This document shows positions 20,242 to 29,555 of a DNA stretch of 64,000 nucleotides, in pieces. The first letter of the stretch is position 1. The number at the start of each line of letters is the position of its first letter. Source of the DNA: Candidatus Ozemobacteraceae bacterium (lineage in GTDB: Bacteria; Muiribacteriota; Ozemobacteria; Ozemobacterales; Ozemobacteraceae); the NCBI GenBank assembly GCA_965140445.1, contig OZ223236.1:352001-416000 (forward strand), written 5' to 3'. The position numbers and the translations under genes are program-made. The notes below the pieces were generated by a model. That model had not been told where the DNA came from, searched no databases, and saw nothing but the letters and a program-made list of their open reading frames with translations.

Positions 20242-22090
20242 GTTAACTGCGAGATTTAAAAAAATTGGAGATATTCCAATAAAGCCAGTTCTAATTCTAT
20301 GGATTCTAATTCTAATTACTTTTTCTCCGGCTTTTCGGGCAGATTATGTTGCTTTTGATGAAATTGCGGAAATTATTGAGAATCCGGAAATGTATAAACC
20401 AATTTCAGCAGAAACTCTCATAGAAACTTTTGGAAGCAGATCGGCCGGAAACCAATACGCGCCACTTCCAGTTTTGACATTTCAGCTGGAGAATCATTTT
20501 TCGGGAGAGCTGAATCCTGTATTGTCACATAGTATAAACATTTTTTTGCATATGATGGTTGTTACAGGCGTGTTTTATTTCAGCGTTCTCCTTTCCGGAA
20601 ATCTGGTAGCAAGCATTATCTGCGCTATGTTTTTTGCGATTCACCCAATGCAGGTTGAATCCGTTGTATGGGCGCTTGAAAGAAGAAACCTGCTTTTTGG
20701 ATTTTTCTTTTTTCTGTCCATGGCTTCGTACACCTACGGATTGGAAAAAACAAGCAAATGGAACTCAGTATTAACTTTTGCAGCCATGATTTTATGCGGC
20801 CTTTCAAAGGGACTTGCCTTTTTACTGCCATTTTCCTTTTTAACAGTAGACTGGGCGAAAAAGCGACCAATCAAGCTTTCGTTGCTTAAAGAAAAATGGA
20901 TTTATTTTATTTCTGCTTCGATCTTTTTTTACATTGCTCTGACGGCTTCCAGGGGCAATATGAATATTTCTCACGAGGGGGGATCAGCACTTAACTGGAT
21001 CAATTCAATGTATGCGATCCCGTGGTATCTCGCCAAAGCCTTGCTACCATTTAATCTTTCACCAATATATGAGATAACGCCATCAACAGTTGGAATTTTC
21101 AGGTTTGCTCCTGCATATTTTGCACTTTCGATTTCTATCTGGTATTTCTTTCTCCGAAAAAGCGAATATTTTACCGCAGGTCTGGCATTCTTCTTTATTA
21201 ATATTTTTCCACTGTCCGGCTTAATCAGAGTTGGTTTTCCTTTTTATGTAGCCTGTCATTTTATGTATGTTGCAATCTGGGGATTAATTTTCCCTATAGC
21301 GATTGCCATTTCTAAAAGTTTTTTCCAGCCCCGAAAAACTCGCCTGATCATTACTGCTTTAACAATTGTTGTGGCTTTATTAAGCTTCGTTTCAAATTCA
21401 GATTCCCATCACTGGAATAACACAACCAGCTTGTTTAGCAGAGTCCTTGAGACCAATCCAGAAAGTCGATTTGCGCTATTCCAACTTGGAGTGGAAAAAA
21501 CCAAACGATTTAAATTTAACGAAGCCGAAACTCTTTTACAAAGGCTAATAGACTTATATCCAGATCTGCACCTGGGGTATTACGGCCTTGCTGATTTAAA
21601 ATTTAACCAAAAACTTTACAATAGAAGTTTAGAGTTATTTGACAAAGCAATTTCACTGGAAGACCAACTCCCTCAATACTTTTTTGGAAGAGCAAAAACC
21701 TGCTTTAAGCTAAAACTTTGGAATAAAGCAATCACCGATTTCAGCAGTTATCTTAAATCATTTCCTGAAAACGTTCAGGCAATGGCATTCAGAGCTCAAG
21801 CCTTTATTCAGATTGGAAATTTACAAGCCGCCCGAAAGGATCTGACAGAAGTTTTAAAACAAAAAGAAAATTATCTAACTCGGATTGCGCTTACAAAAAC
21901 GTTGTTAAACCTTGGAGATTTTTATGGTTTTAGAAAAAGCCTCTTTGAAATGCTAATCAATGATCCGAAACATTTTATTTTTGGGATCATTGGTACAATA
22001 AAAAAATATTCAGATCCACTTGAAGGCAAATTGCTTGCAGAGTGGTTCCCATATAAAATACTTGTTTTGAAAGCAATCCAATCCCAGTAG
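20234..22090 (+). CDS. TMTC-like GT-C membrane glycosyltransferase with C-terminal TPRs
   Basis: AFDE acidic loop after TM1, HSINIFLH, FAIHPMQVESVVWALER, many TM helices, WNN..SLF then TPRs. Start ATG 20234 overlaps the asnB end; the ORF track starts at 20108. Confidence 0.75.
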   Translation: MYELTARFKKIGDIPIKPVLILWILILITFSPAFRADYVAFDEIAEIIENPEMYKPISAETLIETFGSRSAGNQYAPLPVLTFQLENHFSGELNPVLSHSINIFLHMMVVTGVFYFSVLLSGNLVASIICAMFFAIHPMQVESVVWALERRNLLFGFFFFLSMASYTYGLEKTSKWNSVLTFAAMILCGLSKGLAFLLPFSFLTVDWAKKRPIKLSLLKEKWIYFISASIFFYIALTASRGNMNISHEGGSALNWINSMYAIPWYLAKALLPFNLSPIYEITPSTVGIFRFAPAYFALSISIWYFFLRKSEYFTAGLAFFFINIFPLSGLIRVGFPFYVACHFMYVAIWGLIFPIAIAISKSFFQPRKTRLIITALTIVVALLSFVSNSDSHHWNNTTSLFSRVLETNPESRFALFQLGVEKTKRFKFNEAETLLQRLIDLYPDLHLGYYGLADLKFNQKLYNRSLELFDKAISLEDQLPQYFFGRAKTCFKLKLWNKAITDFSSYLKSFPENVQAMAFRAQAFIQIGNLQAARKDLTEVLKQKENYLTRIALTKTLLNLGDFYGFRKSLFEMLINDPKHFIFGIIGTIKKYSDPLEGKLLAEWFPYKILVLKAIQSQ

Positions 22091-22094
22091 ATTT

Positions 22095-23390
22095 TTAGTA
22101 AGAATCTTTTCCAGCCGGCTCTTCGCTGGCAGGGGGCAATAATTTTTCCAGGTCTGGAGGACTCGGGGGCATAACTGGCTCAGGCTTTGGGCATCTGGGA
22201 AATTGACGAATCTGTGCCCCTTTAAAAACTTGAATTCTGCAATTTCCTGAATCTAAAACAAAAAGATTCCCGTTAGGTCCAAACCTGGCTTCCATCGGCT
22301 TTACAAACTGTCCATTCTTTGTTCCAAAACCGCCCAGAATCTGCAAAATCTTAAAATTTTCGTCTAGAATTAGCACTTTGTTGTTGCCAGTATCAGCAAT
22401 AGCCATTAATCCGTTCAGAGAAAAATCAATTCCTACCGGATAGCGTAAATGGTAATGCTTCCACTTTGCAATTTCTGCGATCTTATTAAACTCTTTATCG
22501 AAGGCCATTATTCTATGATTGCCATTGTCTGAAACAAAAATGTCACCACTAGGAGACTTAACATAAACCCTTACCAGATCTTTAAATTGTCGATAATCCC
22601 GTCCAGACATGTGATGCATATGGCCCAATCGCTTTTCGGTTTTTAATTCTGAACTAAAAACCTGCATTCTGTTTCCTTGCACCCTTTGTCTTTGCAGCAA
22701 ATCCAATCCAACCCCACGAAGATAATTTGAACGAGGCTCAGTAATGTAAACCTTTCCTTCACAGTCCACATCTATACCAAGAGGATGATGAAAATATCCG
22801 TCTTTCCAACCCTCTTGCCCTAGAATCCATCTAACTTCACCATTTAGTTTTAAGGCTTTTACACGATGATTTCCGGTATCGGCAACCAATAAAGTGTCGG
22901 TTCCAATCCAGGCTAACCCTTCTGGCAAATTGAATCTGTCAATAGGAACATTTTTGCCATCGCGAATTTTATCCTGGCCGCCATGATATGCTCTGCCAAC
23001 GAGATAATTAGTATTTCTGCCGTTTAGAAAATCTTTCTCCCTGTATGCATCAGCGGAATCAAAGGGTTCACGTCTATTTGCCCATGGCCATAAGCCTCCG
23101 ATAATAAGCTCCAATTTCAGAGGCATCGTTGCGATCATTTTTGAAGTCGAATAAATTAGAATTCGATTATTATGAGTGTCACTTACAGCAAGCATATGAC
23201 CATCTGGAGAGAAAGACATTCCGGCAGGATTCATCATCCTATGTTCAGAAGCACCAGATGTTCCAACTGACACAAGATATTTATATGGTACAAATTCATC
23301 TGCACACGCAAAAGAGTTCGCAAAAAATAAAAAAAAGGTAAGTATTGCAAATTTCAAAGACTTATCAGGGTTAAAAGAAAGTTGAAACAA
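22095..23390 (-). CDS. Secreted NHL-repeat beta-propeller protein
   Basis: Repeated P.G.....VADTGNHR motifs, signal peptide, Pro-rich tail. Confidence 0.85.
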   Translation of the reverse strand: MFQLSFNPDKSLKFAILTFFLFFANSFACADEFVPYKYLVSVGTSGASEHRMMNPAGMSFSPDGHMLAVSDTHNNRILIYSTSKMIATMPLKLELIIGGLWPWANRREPFDSADAYREKDFLNGRNTNYLVGRAYHGGQDKIRDGKNVPIDRFNLPEGLAWIGTDTLLVADTGNHRVKALKLNGEVRWILGQEGWKDGYFHHPLGIDVDCEGKVYITEPRSNYLRGVGLDLLQRQRVQGNRMQVFSSELKTEKRLGHMHHMSGRDYRQFKDLVRVYVKSPSGDIFVSDNGNHRIMAFDKEFNKIAEIAKWKHYHLRYPVGIDFSLNGLMAIADTGNNKVLILDENFKILQILGGFGTKNGQFVKPMEARFGPNGNLFVLDSGNCRIQVFKGAQIRQFPRCPKPEPVMPPSPPDLEKLLPPASEEPAGKDSY

Positions 23391-23532
23391 GGTGATTCCG
23401 CCTTCTGCTTTTTTAGCAAAGTTACACTATTGGATGCACCATTGCAAGACCGAGAAAAGCTTAAATTGCACTTTTTATGAAACATTAAATCGGCTATAAT
23501 AAATCTCTGGCAAAAGACTCTCTTTACTTTCC

Positions 23533-23561
23533 TTGACCCTCTTGCTCAGGTTTGTTATTAT
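23533..23561 (+). promoter_or_regulatory. Sigma70-type promoter of the mtnA-ileS-dnaN operon
   Basis: TTGACC-N17-TATTAT with an extended -10 TG. Confidence 0.65.
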
Positions 23562-23619
23562 CGGCTTCTGAAGATTTTCTGGAAGGATTTCTTTAAGTTT
23601 AAATATCAGGTGGGAAAAT

Positions 23620-24663
23620 ATGATAGAAGCAGTCACATACAATAAACTACAATCATGTCTAGATTTAATAGACCAAACGCTCTTGCCTGTAGAATTTAAA
23701 ACAATAAGCTGCTCAACAGAGCATCAAACAGCAGATGCAATAAAGACCATGAAAGTAAGAGGAGCTCCTGCAATAGGAGTAGCCGCCGCATATGGAATTG
23801 TTCTTGGTCTTCTTAATCCAGAAAATCAAAACAAGCCTTCACGCCAATTGATTACAGAAGTTTGTGATTTGTTAGCTTCTACAAGACCAACTGCAGTAAA
23901 TTTATTCTGGGCAATAGAAAGAATAAAGAAAACTCTCCAGGCAACAGAATCAAATGATCATTCAGCTTTGGCGGCTGCTGCATTAGCTGAAGCGGACAAA
24001 ATTCGTGAAGAAGACATTCAAATGTGCAGAACTATGGGTAAGTTTGGAGCGGAGTTCTTAAAAGATGGAGAAACATGGATCACCCATTGCAACGCAGGTG
24101 CTCTTGCTACCGCAGGTTTTGGAACAGCCTTGGGAGTTTTCCGGGCAGCAAAAGAAGCTGGAAAAAATTTCAAAGTCTATGTAGACGAAACTCGCCCCCT
24201 CCTTCAAGGTTCCAGACTAACGGCCTGGGAACTTCATCAGGAAGGCATTGATGCTACACTAATTTGTGACAATATGGCCGGCAGTCTTATGAAAGCCGGA
24301 AAAATTCATGGAGTAGTTGTTGGAGCTGATAGAATCACTTCTAAAGGATTTGTAGCTAATAAAATTGGCACTTATCCATTAGCAGTTCTGGCAAAATATC
24401 ATAATGTTCCATTTTATGTGGCCGCCCCCGATTCAACTTTTGATATGAGCTTAAACTTCGGCGACGAAATTGAGATTGAAGAGCGAGATCATGATGAAGT
24501 TAGACACTTCGGGGAAAAACTGACTGCACCAGCCGACATGCCAGTTTTTAATCCGGCATTTGACGTGACCCCGCCCGAGTTAATCACTGCCATTTTTACT
24601 AACAAGGGTGTTTTAAAACCAATTTACGCAGACAGTATTCCTGAATTACTTGGAAAAAAATAA
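23620..24663 (+). CDS. mtnA: Methylthioribose-1-phosphate isomerase
   Basis: VRGAPAIG, TRPTAVNL, THCNAGALAT, ETRPLLQG, GADR, ANKIGT, NPAFDVTP. Confidence 0.95.
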   Translation: MIEAVTYNKLQSCLDLIDQTLLPVEFKTISCSTEHQTADAIKTMKVRGAPAIGVAAAYGIVLGLLNPENQNKPSRQLITEVCDLLASTRPTAVNLFWAIERIKKTLQATESNDHSALAAAALAEADKIREEDIQMCRTMGKFGAEFLKDGETWITHCNAGALATAGFGTALGVFRAAKEAGKNFKVYVDETRPLLQGSRLTAWELHQEGIDATLICDNMAGSLMKAGKIHGVVVGADRITSKGFVANKIGTYPLAVLAKYHNVPFYVAAPDSTFDMSLNFGDEIEIEERDHDEVRHFGEKLTAPADMPVFNPAFDVTPPELITAIFTNKGVLKPIYADSIPELLGKK

Positions 24664-25238
24664 TGAATTTTCTTAGAGATTTTCAATTTGTAGGAAGCGA
24701 CCTGTTTTACAGTGGCCTGAATAATTCGCATTCGGGCAATTTGAGCATGAGAAATAATCGAATGATGGCTATTTCAAGAAGCGGCTCAATGTTGCACAGG
24801 CTTGAATTTTCTGACATAGTTGAAACAATCATAGATGGGGAAGATTTAGAAACCCCACGTGCTTCAAGAGAAATTCCTGTCCATAAGGCAATCTATCTTG
24901 GAACAGATGCAGAAGCTATTGTTCATGCGCACCCTCCTCATATAGTTGCTCTATCTATGCAGTCAGAAAGAATCTTTCCGATCGACGCAGAAGGGGCTTA
25001 CTTCTTTCAAAACGGAATTCCTGTGGTAGGAGTAAAAAACGCAATAGCTTCTGATGAAGTTGCACAAAAAGTAGTTCCATTTTTCAAAGAGTCACCAATT
25101 GTAGTAGTAAGAGGACATGGAACCTTTGCAATTGGAAAGAATCTTGAAGAAGGCTTTCATTGGACAAGCAGTATAGAGCATAGCGCTAAGATTTTATTGT
25201 TACGAAACCAATTTGCAGTTAACCCAAATTTCACATAA
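24663..25238 (+). CDS. Class II aldolase/adducin family protein
   Basis: SGNLS, ASREIPVH, HAHPP, RGHG Zn ligands; TAATG coupling to mtnA. Confidence 0.88.
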   Translation: MNFLRDFQFVGSDLFYSGLNNSHSGNLSMRNNRMMAISRSGSMLHRLEFSDIVETIIDGEDLETPRASREIPVHKAIYLGTDAEAIVHAHPPHIVALSMQSERIFPIDAEGAYFFQNGIPVVGVKNAIASDEVAQKVVPFFKESPIVVVRGHGTFAIGKNLEEGFHWTSSIEHSAKILLLRNQFAVNPNFT

Positions 25239-25250
25239 GGACAAGTTGAA

Positions 25251-28200
25251 ATGCTTTTCGAAAAACCAAACAATACCGTATCGCCTGAAAAAGAGAATGA
25301 AATACTCGAATTCTGGGAAAAGGAACAAATCTTTCAAAAGTCCATAAAAAACAGAGAAGGCGCAAAGAAATTTGTCTTCTTTGAAGGCCCTCCTACAGCC
25401 AATGGCACTCCTCATCCAGGACACGTTTTAACCAAGGCGATGAAAGATCTGGTTCCTCGTTACAAAACTATGTGTGGTTGCCACGTTGGAAGAAAAGCCG
25501 GCTGGGACACCCATGGCTTGCCTGTTGAGCTAGAGGTTGAAAAGCAACTTGGAATTGAAAGCAAGCAAGATATTGAAAAATATGGAATTGAAAAATTCAT
25601 AAAAAAATGCCGTGAAAGCGTTTTCAAATATGAAGCTGAATGGCGTGCAATGGTTACCAGAGGTGGCTTTTGGATCGACATGGAAGATCCATACATCACT
25701 TGTACTAATGAATATATCGAATCCATCTGGTGGATTTTAGGCCAGTTCTGGAAAGAAAATCTTCTCTATGAAGGACACAAAGTAGTTCCTTATTGCCCAA
25801 GATGTGGCACAGCCCTTTCTTCACACGAAGTAGCTCAAGGTTACAAAGAAGTTGAAGATCCATCCGTTTATGTAAAATTTGCAGTTAAAGATCAGGAAAA
25901 TACCAGCTTTCTGGTTTGGACGACCACACCATGGACGCTTATATCAAACGTTGCCCTGGCTGTTGGAGAAAAAATCGAATATGTAAAAGTTAAGCTAGGT
26001 GAAGAATTCTTGATTCTCGCTAAAGCAAGACTCGAAGTTCTAAATGGCGAAGGTGAAATAGTTGAAACTTACAAAGGCGTAGATCTCAAGGGAATTGAGT
26101 ATCACCAAATGTTCACATTTGTTAAGCCTGAGAAAAAAGCTCACTTCGTAATCGGTGCGGACTTTGTTTCAACCGAAGACGGTTCTGGTATCGTCCACAT
26201 TGCACCTGCTTTTGGTGAAGACGATTACAGAGTTGGAAAAGAAAATGATCTTCCTGTAATTCAGCCTGTGGATATGTCTGGCAAATTCAAAGACGAAGTG
26301 GAGCCATGGAAAGGTAAATTCGTTAAAGATGCCGACGCTGATATCATAAAGAACCTTAAGGAAACAGGTAAGCTTTTCAAAACTGCAAAAATTAAGCATA
26401 CATATCCTTATTGCTGGAGATGTGATAGCCCGCTACTTTATTATGCAAGACACAGCTGGTTTATTAAAACTACAGCAATTAAAAATGAAGTTTTAAAAAA
26501 TAATGAGCTGATAAACTGGTTCCCAGGTCATGTAAAAGAAGGAAGATTTTTAAATTTCCTTGAAAACATGATAGATTGGGCTATTTCCAGAGATCGCTAT
26601 TGGGGAACTCCTCTTCCTATCTGGGTTTGTCAGGATTGCAATCATCATCATCTTGTTGACAGCATCGCAAATCTCAAAGAGCTTGGCGACAACGTTCCAG
26701 ACGACATAGAACTACACAAACCATATGTTGATGACCTTAATCTTCATTGCCCAGAATGTAAAGGTGCTATGAAACGTGTTCCAGAAGTCATTGACTGCTG
26801 GTTCGATTCAGGTGCAATGCATACTGCCCAATGGCATTATCCCTTTGAAAACAAAGATAAATTCGAAGAAAATTTCCCTGCTGACTTTATCTGTGAGGCA
26901 GTTGATCAAACTCGCGGATGGTTTTATAGCCTTCTGGTTACTTCAACCTTCCTTCACAAAGCTCCTCCTTACAAAAATGTTGTTGTTCTTGGACATATCT
27001 GCGACCGTAACGGAATAAAAATGAGCAAATCCAAGGGCAATGTTCTTGATAGTATGGAGCTGTTTGACAAATATGGTGCTGATGCCGTCAGATGGTCACT
27101 CTACACTGGAACTGCACCATGGAACACCAGAAGATTTTTTGAAGAAGGAATTGCTGAAGCACAGAAACGTTATTTAGGAACTCTCCAAAACGTTTACAGC
27201 TTCTTCGTATTGTATGCGAATATTGAAAGCTTCAACCCAGCTGATCACAATCTGCCAGTAAGTGAGCGACCTGAAATTGATAGATGGATTATTTCAAGAT
27301 TTAATCACACCACTGAAGAAGTTCGCAAATCCATGGAAAAATTTGAAATCACGTGGGCTACCGGTCATATGGAAAGATTTGTCGACGAACTCTCCAACTG
27401 GTATGTAAGAAGAAGTCGCAGAAGATTCTGGAGCAGTGAGCAAAATGCAGACACAATCGGAGCTTTCTTAACTCTTTATGAGATTCTGGTAGGAATGGCC
27501 AAGCTATCTGCACCATTCACTCCATTTATTTCAGAAGACATCTACAGAAATCTTGTTTGTAAAATTGATTCTTCTGCCCCAGAAAGCGTTCATTTAACTA
27601 ATTATCCAGATGTTGAAGCCAGTCTCATTGATGAAATTCTTGAAAATAGAATGGATTTCGTTATGAGAGTGGTTCAGCTCGGTCGAGCAGCAAGAAATGA
27701 AGCTAATCTTAAGGTTAGACAGCCTCTTGCAGACATGAAAGTTGTTACAACAGACGACTTCGAGCGTGAAACGTTAAAAGAAATGGAACACCTTCTTCAG
27801 GAAGAACTCAACATCAAAGAAGTTAGTCCAATCGCTGATGCTTCAACGCTAATGAAATACGTTGCAAAACCTAACTTTAGAAGCATAGGAAAAGGTCCAC
27901 TCAAGGGAATGATTCCTCAAATCAAGGCTCACCTTGAGCAAGTTGACGGCAATGAAGTTAAAAAGAACCTCGACGAAGGCGGATATGAATTTAAGCTTGA
28001 TGGAAAACCTGTGACACTGACTTCAAGTGACATTGATCTTCAAGCTCTAGCTTCTGACGACTTCTCCGTTCAATCTGAAGGAAAACTCAGCATAGCTCTC
28101 AATAAAGTTTTATCCCGAGAACTGGTTCTTGAAGGCCTTTCAAGAGAATTGGTAAATAAAATTCAATTCATGCGAAAAGAACAGGGACTTGATATTGTTG

Positions 28201-28406
28201 ATAGAATCAAAGTGGGATATGATGTAATTGATTCAGATAGCAAAGCTGACATTGATGATTCAATCTCAAAGTTTGGGTCATACATAAGTCAGGAAACTCT
28301 TGCCAAATCGATATCTGAAACCGTTGATTCAATGGCAGCAGTTTCAGAATGGAACATAAATGGCATAAAAGTTAAACTTGGAATCAGTAAGGAGACTTCA
28401 GCGTGA
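25251..28406 (+). CDS. ileS: Isoleucine--tRNA ligase, type 2 (IleRS2)
   Basis: EGPPTANG..HPGH, GWDTHGLP, WTTTPWTL, DWAISRDRYWG, DQTRGWF, KMSKS; 1051 aa with IleRS2-type C-terminus (RELVNKIQ..RK). Confidence 0.97.
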   Translation: MLFEKPNNTVSPEKENEILEFWEKEQIFQKSIKNREGAKKFVFFEGPPTANGTPHPGHVLTKAMKDLVPRYKTMCGCHVGRKAGWDTHGLPVELEVEKQLGIESKQDIEKYGIEKFIKKCRESVFKYEAEWRAMVTRGGFWIDMEDPYITCTNEYIESIWWILGQFWKENLLYEGHKVVPYCPRCGTALSSHEVAQGYKEVEDPSVYVKFAVKDQENTSFLVWTTTPWTLISNVALAVGEKIEYVKVKLGEEFLILAKARLEVLNGEGEIVETYKGVDLKGIEYHQMFTFVKPEKKAHFVIGADFVSTEDGSGIVHIAPAFGEDDYRVGKENDLPVIQPVDMSGKFKDEVEPWKGKFVKDADADIIKNLKETGKLFKTAKIKHTYPYCWRCDSPLLYYARHSWFIKTTAIKNEVLKNNELINWFPGHVKEGRFLNFLENMIDWAISRDRYWGTPLPIWVCQDCNHHHLVDSIANLKELGDNVPDDIELHKPYVDDLNLHCPECKGAMKRVPEVIDCWFDSGAMHTAQWHYPFENKDKFEENFPADFICEAVDQTRGWFYSLLVTSTFLHKAPPYKNVVVLGHICDRNGIKMSKSKGNVLDSMELFDKYGADAVRWSLYTGTAPWNTRRFFEEGIAEAQKRYLGTLQNVYSFFVLYANIESFNPADHNLPVSERPEIDRWIISRFNHTTEEVRKSMEKFEITWATGHMERFVDELSNWYVRRSRRRFWSSEQNADTIGAFLTLYEILVGMAKLSAPFTPFISEDIYRNLVCKIDSSAPESVHLTNYPDVEASLIDEILENRMDFVMRVVQLGRAARNEANLKVRQPLADMKVVTTDDFERETLKEMEHLLQEELNIKEVSPIADASTLMKYVAKPNFRSIGKGPLKGMIPQIKAHLEQVDGNEVKKNLDEGGYEFKLDGKPVTLTSSDIDLQALASDDFSVQSEGKLSIALNKVLSRELVLEGLSRELVNKIQFMRKEQGLDIVDRIKVGYDVIDSDSKADIDDSISKFGSYISQETLAKSISETVDSMAAVSEWNINGIKVKLGISKETSA

Positions 28407-29536
28407 GATTTAAATTAGAGTTAAAAACTCTCTCTGATGCAATAGGGATAGTAGGAAAAGCGGTTGCTACCAAAGGCGTGCGACCAATCCTTTCCAATTT
28501 GTTAGTTGTTGCGAATACTGAGACACAAAAACTTAAACTGGTTGGAACCGATCTTGAGATAATGATGATTTCTCAAGTAGAAGCAGCAGTAGAGGAAAGT
28601 GGGCATTTCACTATTCCCGCAAAACTTCTTACGGAAATCATTTCCAGTATCCCTGCTGATGGCTCAGAGACAGTTATTTTTGAGCCTAACCCGGAAAATG
28701 AAAACCAGATCCAAATCAGAGTTGGCCGAAATAAATTTAACCTTCAGATTCAAGGAATTGAGGACTATCCTCCTGTTCCTTCACTTGAAGAAGAAGAACT
28801 GCCAACATGCGTCATATCAACAGAGATTCTGGCAAAAGGCATCAAGGAAGCCGCCATCGCGATGGGTGCTGAAGACGGCAACCCAGTACAAAGAAGCCTT
28901 TGCATGAACCTTGAAGACGGTCAAAATCCGGTAATAGTAGCCACCGACAGCAAAAGGCTTGCGGTCACAACAATGCCCGGGCTAGACGTATCTGACAAGT
29001 TCAAGCAAACCTTTATTGTCCCTTCAAAGGCTATTCCAGAATTGGTTAAGCTAATGGATGGGCATCCAGAAATAAAAATATGCATATACAATGAACAACT
29101 GGTTTTCAATTCAGACCAGTTCACATTGATCACAAGGCTAATTGACGGTAGATTCCCTGATTACAACAGGGTTCTTCCCAAGGAATCAAGCAGATCTCTT
29201 CGAATAGGCAAAAAAGATCTGGGAAAAGCTCTCAAATCAGTTTTACCAATAGCAAGATTGAGCAGCATGCTTGTTCATTTCGATATATCTGAAAGTGAAA
29301 CCAGAATTTGGGCCGAGTCTCAAGAGCAGGGTCTTTCTGAGGTTTTCATTAGTTCAACATTACAGGGTGAGCCTATCAGCATAGCCTTCAATGTAAAATT
29401 CGTTTCGGATTTCATAAATGTTATTGATGATGAAGAAGTTGTATTAGAAATGACAACACAAAACTATCCTGGCGTCCTCAAGCCAGGTAATCCAGACTCT
29501 GGATTCCAATACGTAGTAATGCCAATGTCCTTTTAA
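28403..29536 (+). CDS. dnaN: DNA polymerase III beta sliding clamp
   Basis: GTDLE, ATDSKRL, RLIDGRFPDYNRV, AFNVKF, YVVMPM. Confidence 0.93.
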   Translation: MRFKLELKTLSDAIGIVGKAVATKGVRPILSNLLVVANTETQKLKLVGTDLEIMMISQVEAAVEESGHFTIPAKLLTEIISSIPADGSETVIFEPNPENENQIQIRVGRNKFNLQIQGIEDYPPVPSLEEEELPTCVISTEILAKGIKEAAIAMGAEDGNPVQRSLCMNLEDGQNPVIVATDSKRLAVTTMPGLDVSDKFKQTFIVPSKAIPELVKLMDGHPEIKICIYNEQLVFNSDQFTLITRLIDGRFPDYNRVLPKESSRSLRIGKKDLGKALKSVLPIARLSSMLVHFDISESETRIWAESQEQGLSEVFISSTLQGEPISIAFNVKFVSDFINVIDDEEVVLEMTTQNYPGVLKPGNPDSGFQYVVMPMSF

Positions 29537-29555
29537 GGGCAACCAAGGAGATTTT

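Noticed and set aside
23431..23446. TGG-N10-GC sigma54-like site
   Set aside because: Lacks the CAC core and is better explained as part of a minus-strand sigma70 promoter for the NHL gene
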